From a bacterium BMS3Abin02 (GTDB lineage Bacteria > Actinomycetota > Acidimicrobiia > Spongiisociales > UBA4744), in assembly GCA_002897675.1 (NCBI GenBank), contig BDSU01000040.1:5201-69200 (forward strand): a stretch of 64,000 nt of DNA, given 5' to 3'. This document shows positions 9,337-18,886 of the stretch, piece by piece (positions within the stretch are counted from its first letter, which is position 1; every line of letters begins with the position of its first letter). The position numbers and the translations under genes were made by a program. The notes beneath the pieces were generated by a model, which was given only the letters and a program-made list of their open reading frames with translations, was not told the origin of the DNA and did no database searches.

Positions 9337-10002
9337 GTGGCAGCAGTATTGCTTCGTCCATCCATCAGGGGCGCCTCCCCGAATCTGCGAGTTGAGCAGG
9401 AGTATTGGAACTCAGGAGCCGGCATCGTCGCGGGGATCGACGAGGTCGGCCGTGGAGCCTGGGCAGGTCCGCTCACGGTCGCCGTTGCCGTACTCCCGAA
9501 GGAGCGACGAATCTACAGGGTTCGAGACTCCAAACTCCTCAATGAGCCTGAACGTGAGGCGATGTTCGATCGGATCGCTCAGTGGTGTGACGATTGGGCA
9601 GTCGGGCACGCGACCGCCGCCGAGTGCGATCGTCTTGGCATGTCCCAGGCACAACGTGTGGCGGCATCGAGAGCGATCGAGCGTCTGGCCCGACAGCCTG
9701 ACAGAGTGCTCGTAGACGGCCGGTGGGACTTCGTGGCGCGAGGGAACAGCCACATGATCGTTCACGGAGACCGAACCTCGCTGTCGATCGCGGCCGCCTC
9801 GATTCTCGCCAAGGTGACTCGGGACAGGCTCATGAGGGCCCTCTCCGGTGACCTGCCCTGGTACCGCCTCGAGCGGAACAAGGGCTACGCGAGCCCGACT
9901 CATCGAGCGGCGCTACAGGTGTGGGGTCCTTCGACCCTTCACCGGACGTCATGGGGATTCATGGACAAACTCATGTGGCGAAAGCACCGGACGACCCGAT
10001 AG
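9337..10002 (+). CDS. rnhB: Ribonuclease HII
   Basis: GIDEVGRGAWAGP, DSKLL, LVDG, IAAASILAKVTRD, NKGY. Confidence 0.95.
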   Translation: MAAVLLRPSIRGASPNLRVEQEYWNSGAGIVAGIDEVGRGAWAGPLTVAVAVLPKERRIYRVRDSKLLNEPEREAMFDRIAQWCDDWAVGHATAAECDRLGMSQAQRVAASRAIERLARQPDRVLVDGRWDFVARGNSHMIVHGDRTSLSIAAASILAKVTRDRLMRALSGDLPWYRLERNKGYASPTHRAALQVWGPSTLHRTSWGFMDKLMWRKHRTTR

Positions 10003-10334
10003 CGTGACGACATTGTCGGGGAATCGCCGCATGGGGCGAACTCGACGTGTGGGAACGCCCTCAACCCGCAGCCGTACGATCACAGCGCCCTCCCGGGAGC
10101 GTGTCAAGATCCTCACGGGACTGAAGACGAACCCTTCGTGTGTCTCTGATGCGCGGGCCTGCCTCGAACGGTCTCGAAGGCTCTCACGGCCCAATCGGAG
10201 CCCGCGGACCAAGTGATCGTCGGACGGGACATCCAGAGGCTGCCGGCCCTCGACGTCCCGTTCATCCTGTCGGACTTGCGCTCTGGTGCGCCACGCAGGC
10301 GCAGGCAGGTGATCTGGCGGGGTAGGCTTACATC

Positions 10335-11096
10335 ATGAGGGTGCGTCCACCCGCCGTCGCGGGTACGTTCTATCCGCGGAACCCCAGCCGCCTTCGTAGC
10401 ATGATCGAAGGATTCCTCGCCACGGTGGAGGCCGATACCGCCGACCACCCGAAAGCGATCATCACCCCTCATGCGGGATATCTCTACTCGGGCCCCATTG
10501 CCGCCACCGCCTACGCGACTCTCGACCGGGACCTCGTCCATAGGGTCGTGGTGATCGGACCATCCCACTTCGTCTGGTTCGAAGGCCTGGCCCTCCCCGG
10601 TGTGGACAGTTTCCGAACTCCACTCGGAGACATCCCGCTCGTCGAATCCCTCCCCATGCAGTTTCCCGTCATCCCCTCGGCGCACGCCAGGGAGCATTCG
10701 ATCGAGGTTCAACTTCCCTTCCTCCAGGTCGTGCTCGACCAGTTCGACCTGCTCCCACTCGTTGTCGGAGATGCCGACCCGGCCCTGGTTGCCGCGGCGC
10801 TCGAAGCGCTCGAGGGAGGACCGGAAACACTGATCGTCATCAGCTCCGATCTCTCCCACTATCTCGCCTACGAGGACGCCCGACGTGTGGATTCGACAAC
10901 GGCATCCCAAATCGTGAACAGGCAGGGAAGTGCGCTCGCTCGAGACTCCGCCTGCGGGCTTCGCGGAATCCAGGGCGTGCTGCTGTTCGCCGAACGGCAC
11001 CAACTGCCTGTCCGCCTCCTCGACCTTCGCAATTCGGGAGACACCGCCGGCGACAAGGAGCGCGTCGTCGGCTACGGAGCGTTCGCGATCGGTTGA
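10335..11096 (+). CDS. AmmeMemoRadiSam system protein B (MEMO1 family)
   Basis: RPPAVAGTFYP, PHAGYLYSG, EHSIEVQLPFLQ, ISSDLSHY, NSGD..VVGY. Confidence 0.93.
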   Translation: MRVRPPAVAGTFYPRNPSRLRSMIEGFLATVEADTADHPKAIITPHAGYLYSGPIAATAYATLDRDLVHRVVVIGPSHFVWFEGLALPGVDSFRTPLGDIPLVESLPMQFPVIPSAHAREHSIEVQLPFLQVVLDQFDLLPLVVGDADPALVAAALEALEGGPETLIVISSDLSHYLAYEDARRVDSTTASQIVNRQGSALARDSACGLRGIQGVLLFAERHQLPVRLLDLRNSGDTAGDKERVVGYGAFAIG

Positions 11097-11187
11097 TGAT
11101 CTCGTCGAGACCCACCGGCCCGGATCGGCGTCTTCGGAGGAATCGAGTTGTGCGTCCGGCGCATGACACCGAGTTAGGCTGCTGGAC

Positions 11188-12696
11188 GTGAAAGCTGTTG
11201 TCATCGGAGCGGGGCTCGGCGGACTGAGCGCCGCTGCCCACCTGGCACGAGCGGGCATCGATGTGACCGTCCTCGAGCACCACTCGGTCCCCGGCGGCTA
11301 CGCCCACGAATTCAAGCGTGGCGACTTCCGCTTCGACGTGGCGCTCCATGCCCTGGACGGTGCCGGTCCGGGAGGATGGCTGTATCCGATCCTGGACGAA
11401 CTCGGAATCGATCTTGCGATGACGAGACTCGACCCTCTCTACCGGGCACGGTATCCAGACATCGACATCCTCGTGCCGGCCGATCTGACCGAGTACCGGG
11501 CGCAGCTCGAGTCTCTGTTCCCTCTCGAGCGTGAGGGAATCCGAAGTCTGATCGGGGCACTCAGGCGGGTCTCCCACGACGTTGGCCTCTACACGGTCGA
11601 CCGTCGACAGGGGACGCGCCCGGCGCCCTCAGAGATACCGGCCCGCTATCCGGCCATGGCAAACGCGTTCTCCCGAACATGGTCTGAACTCCTCGGAAGC
11701 CACATCGGTGACGCGAGGCTCAGGACGCTCTTCTCCACGCTGTGGGGCTATCTCGGCCTGCCACCGAGTCGGGTGAGTGCCGGACTCTTCGCCCTCGCAT
11801 GGACCAGCTACCACGTCGGCGGCGGCTACTACCCGGCCGGAGGAAGCCAGGCGCTCAGCCGCGCCTTCGCAGATGTCGTCACCCGACACGCAGGGGAGAT
11901 CCTCTACCGCCAGACAGTGAATGGGATCACGGTACGAGACGGTACCGCCGTCGCCGTGACCACGGAGCGCGGCCTGACGGTGGATGCGGACGTCGTCATC
12001 TCGAACGCCAGCCCCGTCGACACGATGCGTTTCCTCGGCACGGACACGCTTCCAGATCACTATGTGGAACGTCGGCGCGCCGATGTGCCCTCCTTGTCCA
12101 CACTCGTCCTGTACTTGGGGCTCGACCGTGACATCGGTGCCGAGGGGTGGAAAGGCCATGAGGTCTTCGTTTCAGATACCTTCGATACCGACGCCGACTA
12201 CAAGGCCGCGATCTCCGGAGACTTCGCGAACGCATCCATGGTGATTGCGGACTACACGCACACCGATCCTGGATGTGCACCGGCAGGCAAGAGTGCCCTG
12301 GTGATCCTGACATTGGCACCGTGGGGGTATGCGGATACCTGGGGTACCCACGGAGATCTGGACGGATACCGGCGAAATCCTCGATACCGGGCATTGAAGG
12401 GCGCAGCCGGTCAGACTCTGCTCAGGCGTGCGGAACGGCTCATCCCCGGCCTGCAGGACTCCATCGAGGTGATGGAGGTGGCGACGCCACTGACCAATCA
12501 TCGCTACGGGTTGGCGACACACGGCTCCATCTACGGTCGTGAGCAGACGGTGGACAACCTGCTGGTCCGTATTTCCCCCAAGATGCCGATCCCCAACGTG
12601 TTCCTGGCCGGGGCCTGGGTCGGTGGGGGAGGGATGAGCGCCGCGATCGGGTCGGGGAGAACCGCAGCCAAGATCGTCCTGTCCCGGTTCGGGTGA
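11188..12696 (+). CDS. Phytoene dehydrogenase-like FAD-dependent oxidoreductase
   Basis: VIGAGLGGLSAA dinucleotide fold, GGSQALS, ATPLTN.RY..GSIYG, FLAGAW. Confidence 0.85.
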   Translation: MKAVVIGAGLGGLSAAAHLARAGIDVTVLEHHSVPGGYAHEFKRGDFRFDVALHALDGAGPGGWLYPILDELGIDLAMTRLDPLYRARYPDIDILVPADLTEYRAQLESLFPLEREGIRSLIGALRRVSHDVGLYTVDRRQGTRPAPSEIPARYPAMANAFSRTWSELLGSHIGDARLRTLFSTLWGYLGLPPSRVSAGLFALAWTSYHVGGGYYPAGGSQALSRAFADVVTRHAGEILYRQTVNGITVRDGTAVAVTTERGLTVDADVVISNASPVDTMRFLGTDTLPDHYVERRRADVPSLSTLVLYLGLDRDIGAEGWKGHEVFVSDTFDTDADYKAAISGDFANASMVIADYTHTDPGCAPAGKSALVILTLAPWGYADTWGTHGDLDGYRRNPRYRALKGAAGQTLLRRAERLIPGLQDSIEVMEVATPLTNHRYGLATHGSIYGREQTVDNLLVRISPKMPIPNVFLAGAWVGGGGMSAAIGSGRTAAKIVLSRFG

Positions 12697-12699
12697 ACG

Positions 12700-14073
12700 T
12701 CACGGTTCTGAAGACTCGACCAGCTCGTCCTGTTCGTCGAGAAGTGGCACTCGGACGTCCCACCCGAGCTCGGATCGGATGCGCACTCGCAGTGCCTCTG
12801 CCGCGTCCGGCTCACCGTGGGTGATGAAGGTCCGCTTTGGCGGGCGTTCGAAGCTCCGGAGCCATTGCATGATCTCGTCGGCATCGGCGTGAGCCGACAG
12901 GCCGCCGATGCGTTCGACCCGGCAGCGGATGGGTATCCACTCGCCGTGGATCTTCACCTTCTTCTCGCCATCGAGAATCCTGCGTCCACGGGTTCCTCCG
13001 GCTTGATACCCGACGAACACGAGCGTGTTTCGCTCGTCGGGGGCGATGAACCTGAGGTGGTGAAGAACCCGCCCGCCGGTGAGCATGCCTGAGGCCGAGA
13101 CGATCACCCCCGGACCTTCCAGGTGGTTCAGCTCCTTCGACTCATCGACGGACCGCACCATGTGCACATCCCGTTCCAGGCCTTCGAGTTGGTCGAGCGT
13201 AAGGCGGTGGTCCTGCGGGTACTCGAGGTAGAGATCGGTGGTCTTGACGGCCATGGGACTGTTGAGATAGACGGGTATTCTCGGGATCCTGCCCGCTTCC
13301 ATGAGGGTGTAGATGGCATACAGCACGGCCTGGGCCCGTCCTACCGCGAACGAGGGAATGAGGACGACGCCTTTGCGTGCGACTGTGCCGTTGATGATCG
13401 TCTCGAGGCGCGATGCTGCATCCTCGTGCTCGTGGATCCGGTCACCATAGGTCGATTCACACACCAGGAAGTCGGTGTCCAGCCCTGTTCGCGGCGCGGA
13501 CATGACTGGATCGTTCGGCCTGCCGAGATCGCCGCTGAACGTCAGAGTCGTCTCACCAGACTCGATCCGAACGATCGATGCTCCAAGGATGTGTCCGTCG
13601 GGAAGGAAGCTGAACGACAGGTCTTCGTCAAAACGGTGACGTGTGTCGAAGTCGAGCGGCCGAAAGCTGCCGAGTGCTGCGAGCGCGTCGGCTTCGGTGT
13701 AGAGAGGGAGCGCGGGCTCGTGTTTCGAGAACTTCTTCTTGTTGGCGTACTCGGCGTCTTCCTCTTGGATGTGTCCGCTGTCCGGCAGGAGAATTGCAGC
13801 GAGATCGATGGTCGCGGGTGTGGCAAACACGGGACCGGAGAACCCGTGCTTGATCAGAAGGGGGAGGTACCCGCTGTGATCGAGGTGGGCGTGCGTGAGC
13901 ACGACCGCATCCAGCGATACGGGGTCGATGGGCAGGGGAGCCCAGTTGCGTTCCCGCAAGTTCTTGTAGCCCTGGAAGAGGCCACAGTCGACGAGAACTC
14001 GCTTGCTTTCTGCCGTGACGAGGTACTTGGAGCCGGTGACGGTGCCTGTCGCGCCGAGGAACTGGATGTTCAT
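12700..14073 (-). CDS. MBL-fold beta-CASP ribonuclease (YSH1-like)
   Basis: FLGATGTVTGS, DCGLFQG, THAHLDHSG, GHILG, SGDLG, FAVGRAQ, SAHAD, HGE; start at MNIQFLG. Confidence 0.92.
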   Translation of the reverse strand: MNIQFLGATGTVTGSKYLVTAESKRVLVDCGLFQGYKNLRERNWAPLPIDPVSLDAVVLTHAHLDHSGYLPLLIKHGFSGPVFATPATIDLAAILLPDSGHIQEEDAEYANKKKFSKHEPALPLYTEADALAALGSFRPLDFDTRHRFDEDLSFSFLPDGHILGASIVRIESGETTLTFSGDLGRPNDPVMSAPRTGLDTDFLVCESTYGDRIHEHEDAASRLETIINGTVARKGVVLIPSFAVGRAQAVLYAIYTLMEAGRIPRIPVYLNSPMAVKTTDLYLEYPQDHRLTLDQLEGLERDVHMVRSVDESKELNHLEGPGVIVSASGMLTGGRVLHHLRFIAPDERNTLVFVGYQAGGTRGRRILDGEKKVKIHGEWIPIRCRVERIGGLSAHADADEIMQWLRSFERPPKRTFITHGEPDAAEALRVRIRSELGWDVRVPLLDEQDELVESSEP

Positions 14074-14251
14074 GGTAGGGAGGCTAGCGCCGCGCCAGGA
14101 GAACCTCTTCGGCCGCCTCGCCCTCGTCCCCTTCCTGTCCGCTCGGTGGGGGAGCGCCCGCCGTCTCGGCCCGCCGGCCTCGCCATCGAAACACCGAAGG
14201 CTGCGAGGCCGGGCACCTGCGACGACCGTGTCAGCGTGTACGCTCGCCGAC

Positions 14252-15259
14252 ATGCAGTACACCAAACTCGGCTCATCCGGTCTTGAAGTCTCCCGCATCG
14301 CTCTGGGTTGCATGAGCTATGGGACCCCGTCATGGCGGCCGTGGGTGCTCGACGCAGAAGCCTCCAAGCCGTTCTTCCGACGTGCGGTCGAACTGGGCAT
14401 CAACTTCTTCGATACCGCCGACATGTACTCTCTCGGCGTCGGCGAGGAGGTAACGGGCCGGTGGGTCCGAGAGTTCGCTCAGCTCGATGAGGTCGTCATT
14501 GCCACGAAGGTGTTCTTTCCGATGTCGGACAGGCCGAACATGGGAGGGTTGTCCCGCAAGCACATCGTGCAGGCCTGTGAGGCGAGCCTGCGGCGGCTGG
14601 GTGTGGACACGATCGACCTGTACCAGATCCACAGGTTCGATCCTCTCACTCCTCTCGAGGAGACTCTGGCCGCTCTCGATCATCTCGTTCATCAGGGCAA
14701 GGTGCGCTATCTCGGTGCGAGTTCCATGTATGCCTATCAACTGATGCGTGCCCTGACGCTGTCCGAGCGCCGGGGTTGGGCCAAGTTCGTCTCCATGCAG
14801 GATCACTACAACCTCGCTTATCGGGAGGAAGAGAGGGAGATGTTGCCCCTGTGCGAGGAGGAAGGTCTGGGAGTGATCCCGTGGTCTCCACTGGCAAGAG
14901 GGTTGCTCGCCAGGACCCGCCGCCCTGAAACGGAACCCGCGACTTCGAGGTCTGCCACCGATGTCCTCGACAGGATGTGGTATGGCAGCCCATCCGACCT
15001 CGAAGTCGTCGAAGCGGTACGGGAGGTGGCCGGCAGGCGCGGCGTGGCTCCCGCGACAATCGCTCTCGCATGGCTCCTCTCACGGCCTGCGGTGACCGCA
15101 CCCATCATCGGTGCCACCAAGGTCTCCCACCTGGACGACGCGATCGCAGCCCTGGAGATCGACCTCGACGACGAGGAACACGCGGCCCTCGAGAAGCCAT
15201 ATCGCCCGCATGCCGTCATCGGCATGGAGTCTCCCAAGTCGGTCACGAATCCCCACTAG
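14252..15259 (+). CDS. Aldo/keto reductase
   Basis: LGSSGLEVSRIALGCMSYG, FDTADMYS, IDLYQIH, PWSPLARG. Confidence 0.93.
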   Translation: MQYTKLGSSGLEVSRIALGCMSYGTPSWRPWVLDAEASKPFFRRAVELGINFFDTADMYSLGVGEEVTGRWVREFAQLDEVVIATKVFFPMSDRPNMGGLSRKHIVQACEASLRRLGVDTIDLYQIHRFDPLTPLEETLAALDHLVHQGKVRYLGASSMYAYQLMRALTLSERRGWAKFVSMQDHYNLAYREEEREMLPLCEEEGLGVIPWSPLARGLLARTRRPETEPATSRSATDVLDRMWYGSPSDLEVVEAVREVAGRRGVAPATIALAWLLSRPAVTAPIIGATKVSHLDDAIAALEIDLDDEEHAALEKPYRPHAVIGMESPKSVTNPH

Positions 15260-15461
15260 CGCGGAGGCGTGTTCCTGCGCACGTGGAGCCCGGACGTACG
15301 TGTCGCGCGCTCCTGGCCCTTGAAGAGATCGTGAGGCGAGCCGGTGGGGGAGTAGGACCATGGCGCAGACCCCTCGGTCACTTCATCGCATCCGCGGCGA
15401 ACTGTTCGGGTTCTCAGTTGGAGAACACCCCGAGCCGAGATGCGGGGAACCGTTCGGCCCT

Positions 15462-17276
15462 TCAGGCTTCGACGTCTGACTCGGCCGGAACGAGTGAGAT
15501 GACGGTGTCGCCCGGTGCTGCGTCGCGCAGCGGCCGCGTGTTGCCGCTTTCGATGACGAGTACTTTCCCGTTGAGTTTGACGACGAACAGCACCGCGGCA
15601 ACACGGTCGCTCAGCACGCTCGTGTCCAGACCGTCGGCACCGTCACCAAGCTTGGTGCGGCGGATCTCCCCGCCGTTCTCGAGGAGATGGAGCAACGCGT
15701 TGTAGTTCCAGTCGGATCCGAAGAGCAGGCGGCCGCCCAAGTCCGATGCAGGGTTTGAGTCGATCCCGGTGTCTCGGCGCCGGGGCACGAGCTGGTATGT
15801 CTCGGCACCGCCAAAGGTACTCGCATAGCGGCCGGCGGCGAGGGTGTTGACATCGTCGTTCGGGGTCAGAGCCAGGAGTCGTCCGATGCCGGACAGATCG
15901 AGGTCGAGGTCCACGTCGCGGGCAAGGACGTTGCCGTAGTAGGTGCGCCGGCCTGCCATCGAGGCGTCGACATGGTCGTCGCGGTTGGTTGTGGCGAGTA
16001 CGACCTCGACTCCCGAGTCGGCCAGAGCGTCGGCGATTGCCCGTTCCACAGGTCCTGCACCCAGGATCAGCGAACCCTCCTGGTGCCGCTCGGCCAGTCC
16101 GAGGCGGCGGGCAAGCGGACCCATGCCAAGCCCGTAGATGGTGACCGTGGCAACGATCACTGCAAAGACGAGCGGTGTGATCTCGTCGCCGCCTGGGATG
16201 CCCTCGCGTTGGAGCTCGAGCGCAAAGACGGATGCGATCGAGGCGGCCACGATACCGCGAGGAGCCACCCCGGCGAGAAGTACTCGCTCCTTCCACGGGA
16301 ACCGCGACCGCCAGGTCGCGACCGCCACTGCCACAGGTCGGGCAACGAGCACCAGAGCGAGCACGAGAGCGACGGCCGCAGTCAGGTCGACCTGGAGCTG
16401 TTCGATCGAGAGCCGGGCGCTCAGAACGATGAACAGCACCCCGATCAGCAGCACCCTCAGCACTTCGGAGAACTGGAGTATTTGTTCCGTGCGGATCGTC
16501 TTGTGGTTGGCGAGGACCAACCCGAGCACGGTCGTGGCCAGCAGGCCGGACTCGGGGGCGAACAAATCGGCAACGATGAAGGCCAGGAGGGCCACACTGA
16601 CACCGAACAGCGACAGCAGATGTTCGGGAACCCAGTGACGCCGGAGGGCAGGGATCGCACCCAGGGCCATGAGCCCACCGACGGCAACTCCCGCAAACAC
16701 GAACTGGGCGACCTGGCTGATGACTTCGCCGGGCGTTGCGGCAACCCTGCCGACGAGGAACACCTCAAACGCCACAACGGCGACCAACGCCCCGATCGGG
16801 TCGATGAAGATGCTCTCCCACTTGAGAATCGAACCGACCGAGCGCCGCGGCCGGACATGGGTGAGGAGAGGCCCCACGACCGTCGGTCCAGAAACCACGA
16901 GAATCGACCCCAGCAGCACGGCAAGGCCGGGCTTGAGGTCAGTGAAGGCGAGGGCGGTCACCGCTCCGATCGTCCAGGTGATGAGCACGCCGACGGTCAC
17001 CAGCAGCCACAACACCCGTTGTTGGCCCGCCATCTCCCTCATGCGAAGGCTGAGGCCTCCCTCGAAGAGAATGAGGCCGACCGCGATCGACACCGACGGC
17101 GTCAGCAGCTCTCCCATCAGGTCATCCGGGTTGATCAGCCCAAATGCGGGGCCGATGAGGAATCCCGTCAGGAGGAGCGGAAGAATCACGGGCACGCGGA
17201 TGCGCTCTCCGAGCCATGTGACGGCGAAAGCGAGAACGACGATGCCACCCAACTGCACAATCGGATCGTCGAACAC
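15462..17276 (-). CDS. CPA1/NhaP-type cation:proton antiporter with C-terminal Rossmann-like domain
   Basis: About 12 TM segments, ILFEGGL, SGPTVV.P, ILKWESIFIDPIGA, APRGIVAAS. Confidence 0.9.
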   Translation of the reverse strand: MFDDPIVQLGGIVVLAFAVTWLGERIRVPVILPLLLTGFLIGPAFGLINPDDLMGELLTPSVSIAVGLILFEGGLSLRMREMAGQQRVLWLLVTVGVLITWTIGAVTALAFTDLKPGLAVLLGSILVVSGPTVVGPLLTHVRPRRSVGSILKWESIFIDPIGALVAVVAFEVFLVGRVAATPGEVISQVAQFVFAGVAVGGLMALGAIPALRRHWVPEHLLSLFGVSVALLAFIVADLFAPESGLLATTVLGLVLANHKTIRTEQILQFSEVLRVLLIGVLFIVLSARLSIEQLQVDLTAAVALVLALVLVARPVAVAVATWRSRFPWKERVLLAGVAPRGIVAASIASVFALELQREGIPGGDEITPLVFAVIVATVTIYGLGMGPLARRLGLAERHQEGSLILGAGPVERAIADALADSGVEVVLATTNRDDHVDASMAGRRTYYGNVLARDVDLDLDLSGIGRLLALTPNDDVNTLAAGRYASTFGGAETYQLVPRRRDTGIDSNPASDLGGRLLFGSDWNYNALLHLLENGGEIRRTKLGDGADGLDTSVLSDRVAAVLFVVKLNGKVLVIESGNTRPLRDAAPGDTVISLVPAESDVEA

Positions 17277-17751
17277 CAGCGGAGCCTTCCATGGGACGCC
17301 TTGTGGATGGGGATTCTAAGGGAGCGCGCGCTTTGCGCTCCACCCCGTGCACGATGACCAGGCATCCCGTGGTCTGTGTCACGGATTCACCCGAGCCCTC
17401 ATGCAGGCCGCCTCGCCGCTGTTCTCGCTCGTCGGCACCTGCACGGCGATCGATGCGGCGCCTCGGCCACACCGTTCCCGAGGGTTGAATCATGCGTCCA
17501 GTGGTGGCTCGTCGCCCGGGAAATCGAGCACGATCGAGCCGGACAGGCTGATGCCGCGCCATGACACATCGGATCCTCCGTCGAGACCGGGAAACCCGGC
17601 CGCTTCATCCATCATCGGCGCCCTCGTCACCTCGACGCACGAAGGTCGGCAGTGGGAGAGCGTGGACTCGAGTGAGAGCCTGTCAGGTTCCAGGGGCCAC
17701 ACTCCCGGCCGGGGATGGGCAAAGCACGTAGAAACTGTCGACGCAAGCGCA

Positions 17752-17779
17752 ACTTAACATAACGTGGATTATGGGCGTT
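17752..17779 (-). other. dif: dif-like XerC/XerD recombination site
   Basis: Minus strand AACGCCCATAA-TCCACG-TTATGTTAAGT has the 11-6-11 layout; XerD arm matches E. coli TTATGTTAAAT at 10/11; AT-rich, intergenic, at a gene-orientation switch. Confidence 0.85.
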
Positions 17780-18306
17780 TGGAGATTCTCGCAGCTTCCC
17801 TCGTCCGGACGCCATGCGCTCTCCAGACCCCGGCCGGACCAGGGCCGCCGGCAGCCTCGAGGCGGCAAGTTCCACGAACCTTCGACGCTTACCGGATACA
17901 GACAACGGGCGTCCTCGGCATGTAGTGGATTCCCAGAACGTCTCGAAGGCTACGACCATATCGCACCGCCCCGGATCCATGGCCCATCGCGAATCGCTCG
18001 TTGCCTTCTGCCGCCTTCTTCCGCCCGAACTCCACTTCGGGACACAAAGCGTCACGTGACGGATTAGGAGGCCGACACGTGTGCCGGCGTCCGAGGATCA
18101 CCTGAAGTCGGCCGGGTAGCGCCGATGTGGAGATCGGCGGCCGCGCGCGTGGGTCTCAGACCTTCCGTCACCGGCATTTCGTACCGGCGGGCTCGAGGGA
18201 CCGGCGCATGGTCCTGCACGTCCGGCGAAGCGCGCCATGGAGGGCTCAGGGATTTCCCAGACAGCGGGAATGGACGCCGCAATTCCGGCGTTTGCCCTAC
18301 CGGAGA

Positions 18307-18329
18307 TACAATGTACCCCTAGGGGGTAT
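18307..18329 (+). promoter_or_regulatory. -10 box TACAAT with adjacent CsoR/RcnR-family operator-like palindrome TACCCCTAGGGGGTA
   Basis: C-tract/G-tract pseudo-palindrome flanked by TAC/GTA at 18314-18328, covering the expected transcription start of trxA. Confidence 0.6.
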
Positions 18330-18357
18330 CAGCGTTCACAGCACCCGTGGAGAGATA

Positions 18358-18732
18358 ATGGCGACCGTCACACTGACCAACGACAACTTTGAAGACACCA
18401 TCATGGACAACGATATGGTGCTCGTCGACTTCTGGGCCGAATGGTGCCGCCCCTGCAAGATGTTCGGACCCGTGTTCGAGAAGATGTCGGAGAAGTACCC
18501 CGACATCGTCTTCGGCAAGGTCGACACCGAAGCACAGCAGGAACTGGCCGGCCACTTCAACATCCGCTCGATTCCGACCCTCATGGTTTTCCGCGAGAAG
18601 ACGATCTTGTTCTCCCAGGCGGGAGCGCTTCCCGAGTCGATGCTCCAGGACTTGATCACTCAGGTCAGCGAGATCGACATGGAAGATGTGCGCCGCAGGA
18701 TCGAGGAGCAGGCCGCCGAAGCAGACGCCTGA
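18358..18732 (+). CDS. trxA: Thioredoxin
   Basis: VDFWAEWCRPCK (WCxPC), IRSIPTL; GGAGAG SD. Confidence 0.92.
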   Translation: MATVTLTNDNFEDTIMDNDMVLVDFWAEWCRPCKMFGPVFEKMSEKYPDIVFGKVDTEAQQELAGHFNIRSIPTLMVFREKTILFSQAGALPESMLQDLITQVSEIDMEDVRRRIEEQAAEADA

Positions 18733-18754
18733 ACGGGTCTCGACCCCATTGCTT

Positions 18755-18779
18755 CCACCGCCGGCTCCCCCGGCGGTGG
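18755..18779 (+). terminator. GC hairpin after trxA (terminator-like, no U tract)
   Basis: ccaccgccgg-ctccc-ccggcggtgg. Confidence 0.55.
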
Positions 18780-18886
18780 TGCCTTATGGGGAATCGTGAA
18801 GTGCAGCTAGTGTCCTCGCGGGGCACCGATCTGGACCCGGAGTTCTCTGAGCGACGGGACAGTGCAGATGAGCTGGAGGTGACACA

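Noticed and set aside
10003..10322. Possible sRNA or small gene between rnhB and the MEMO gene
   Set aside because: No recognisable RNA family, convincing ORF or strong hairpin
14003..14313. Long N-terminal extensions in the ORF track (here AKR and beta-CASP; also priA, fmt, pyrD, pyrR, trxA, nfnB)
   Set aside because: They overlap neighbouring genes; homology and promoter/SD signals support the shorter starts
17291..18322. Short ORFs flanking the dif-like site
   Set aside because: No motifs, mutually overlapping, weak initiation signals; at most eroded remnants
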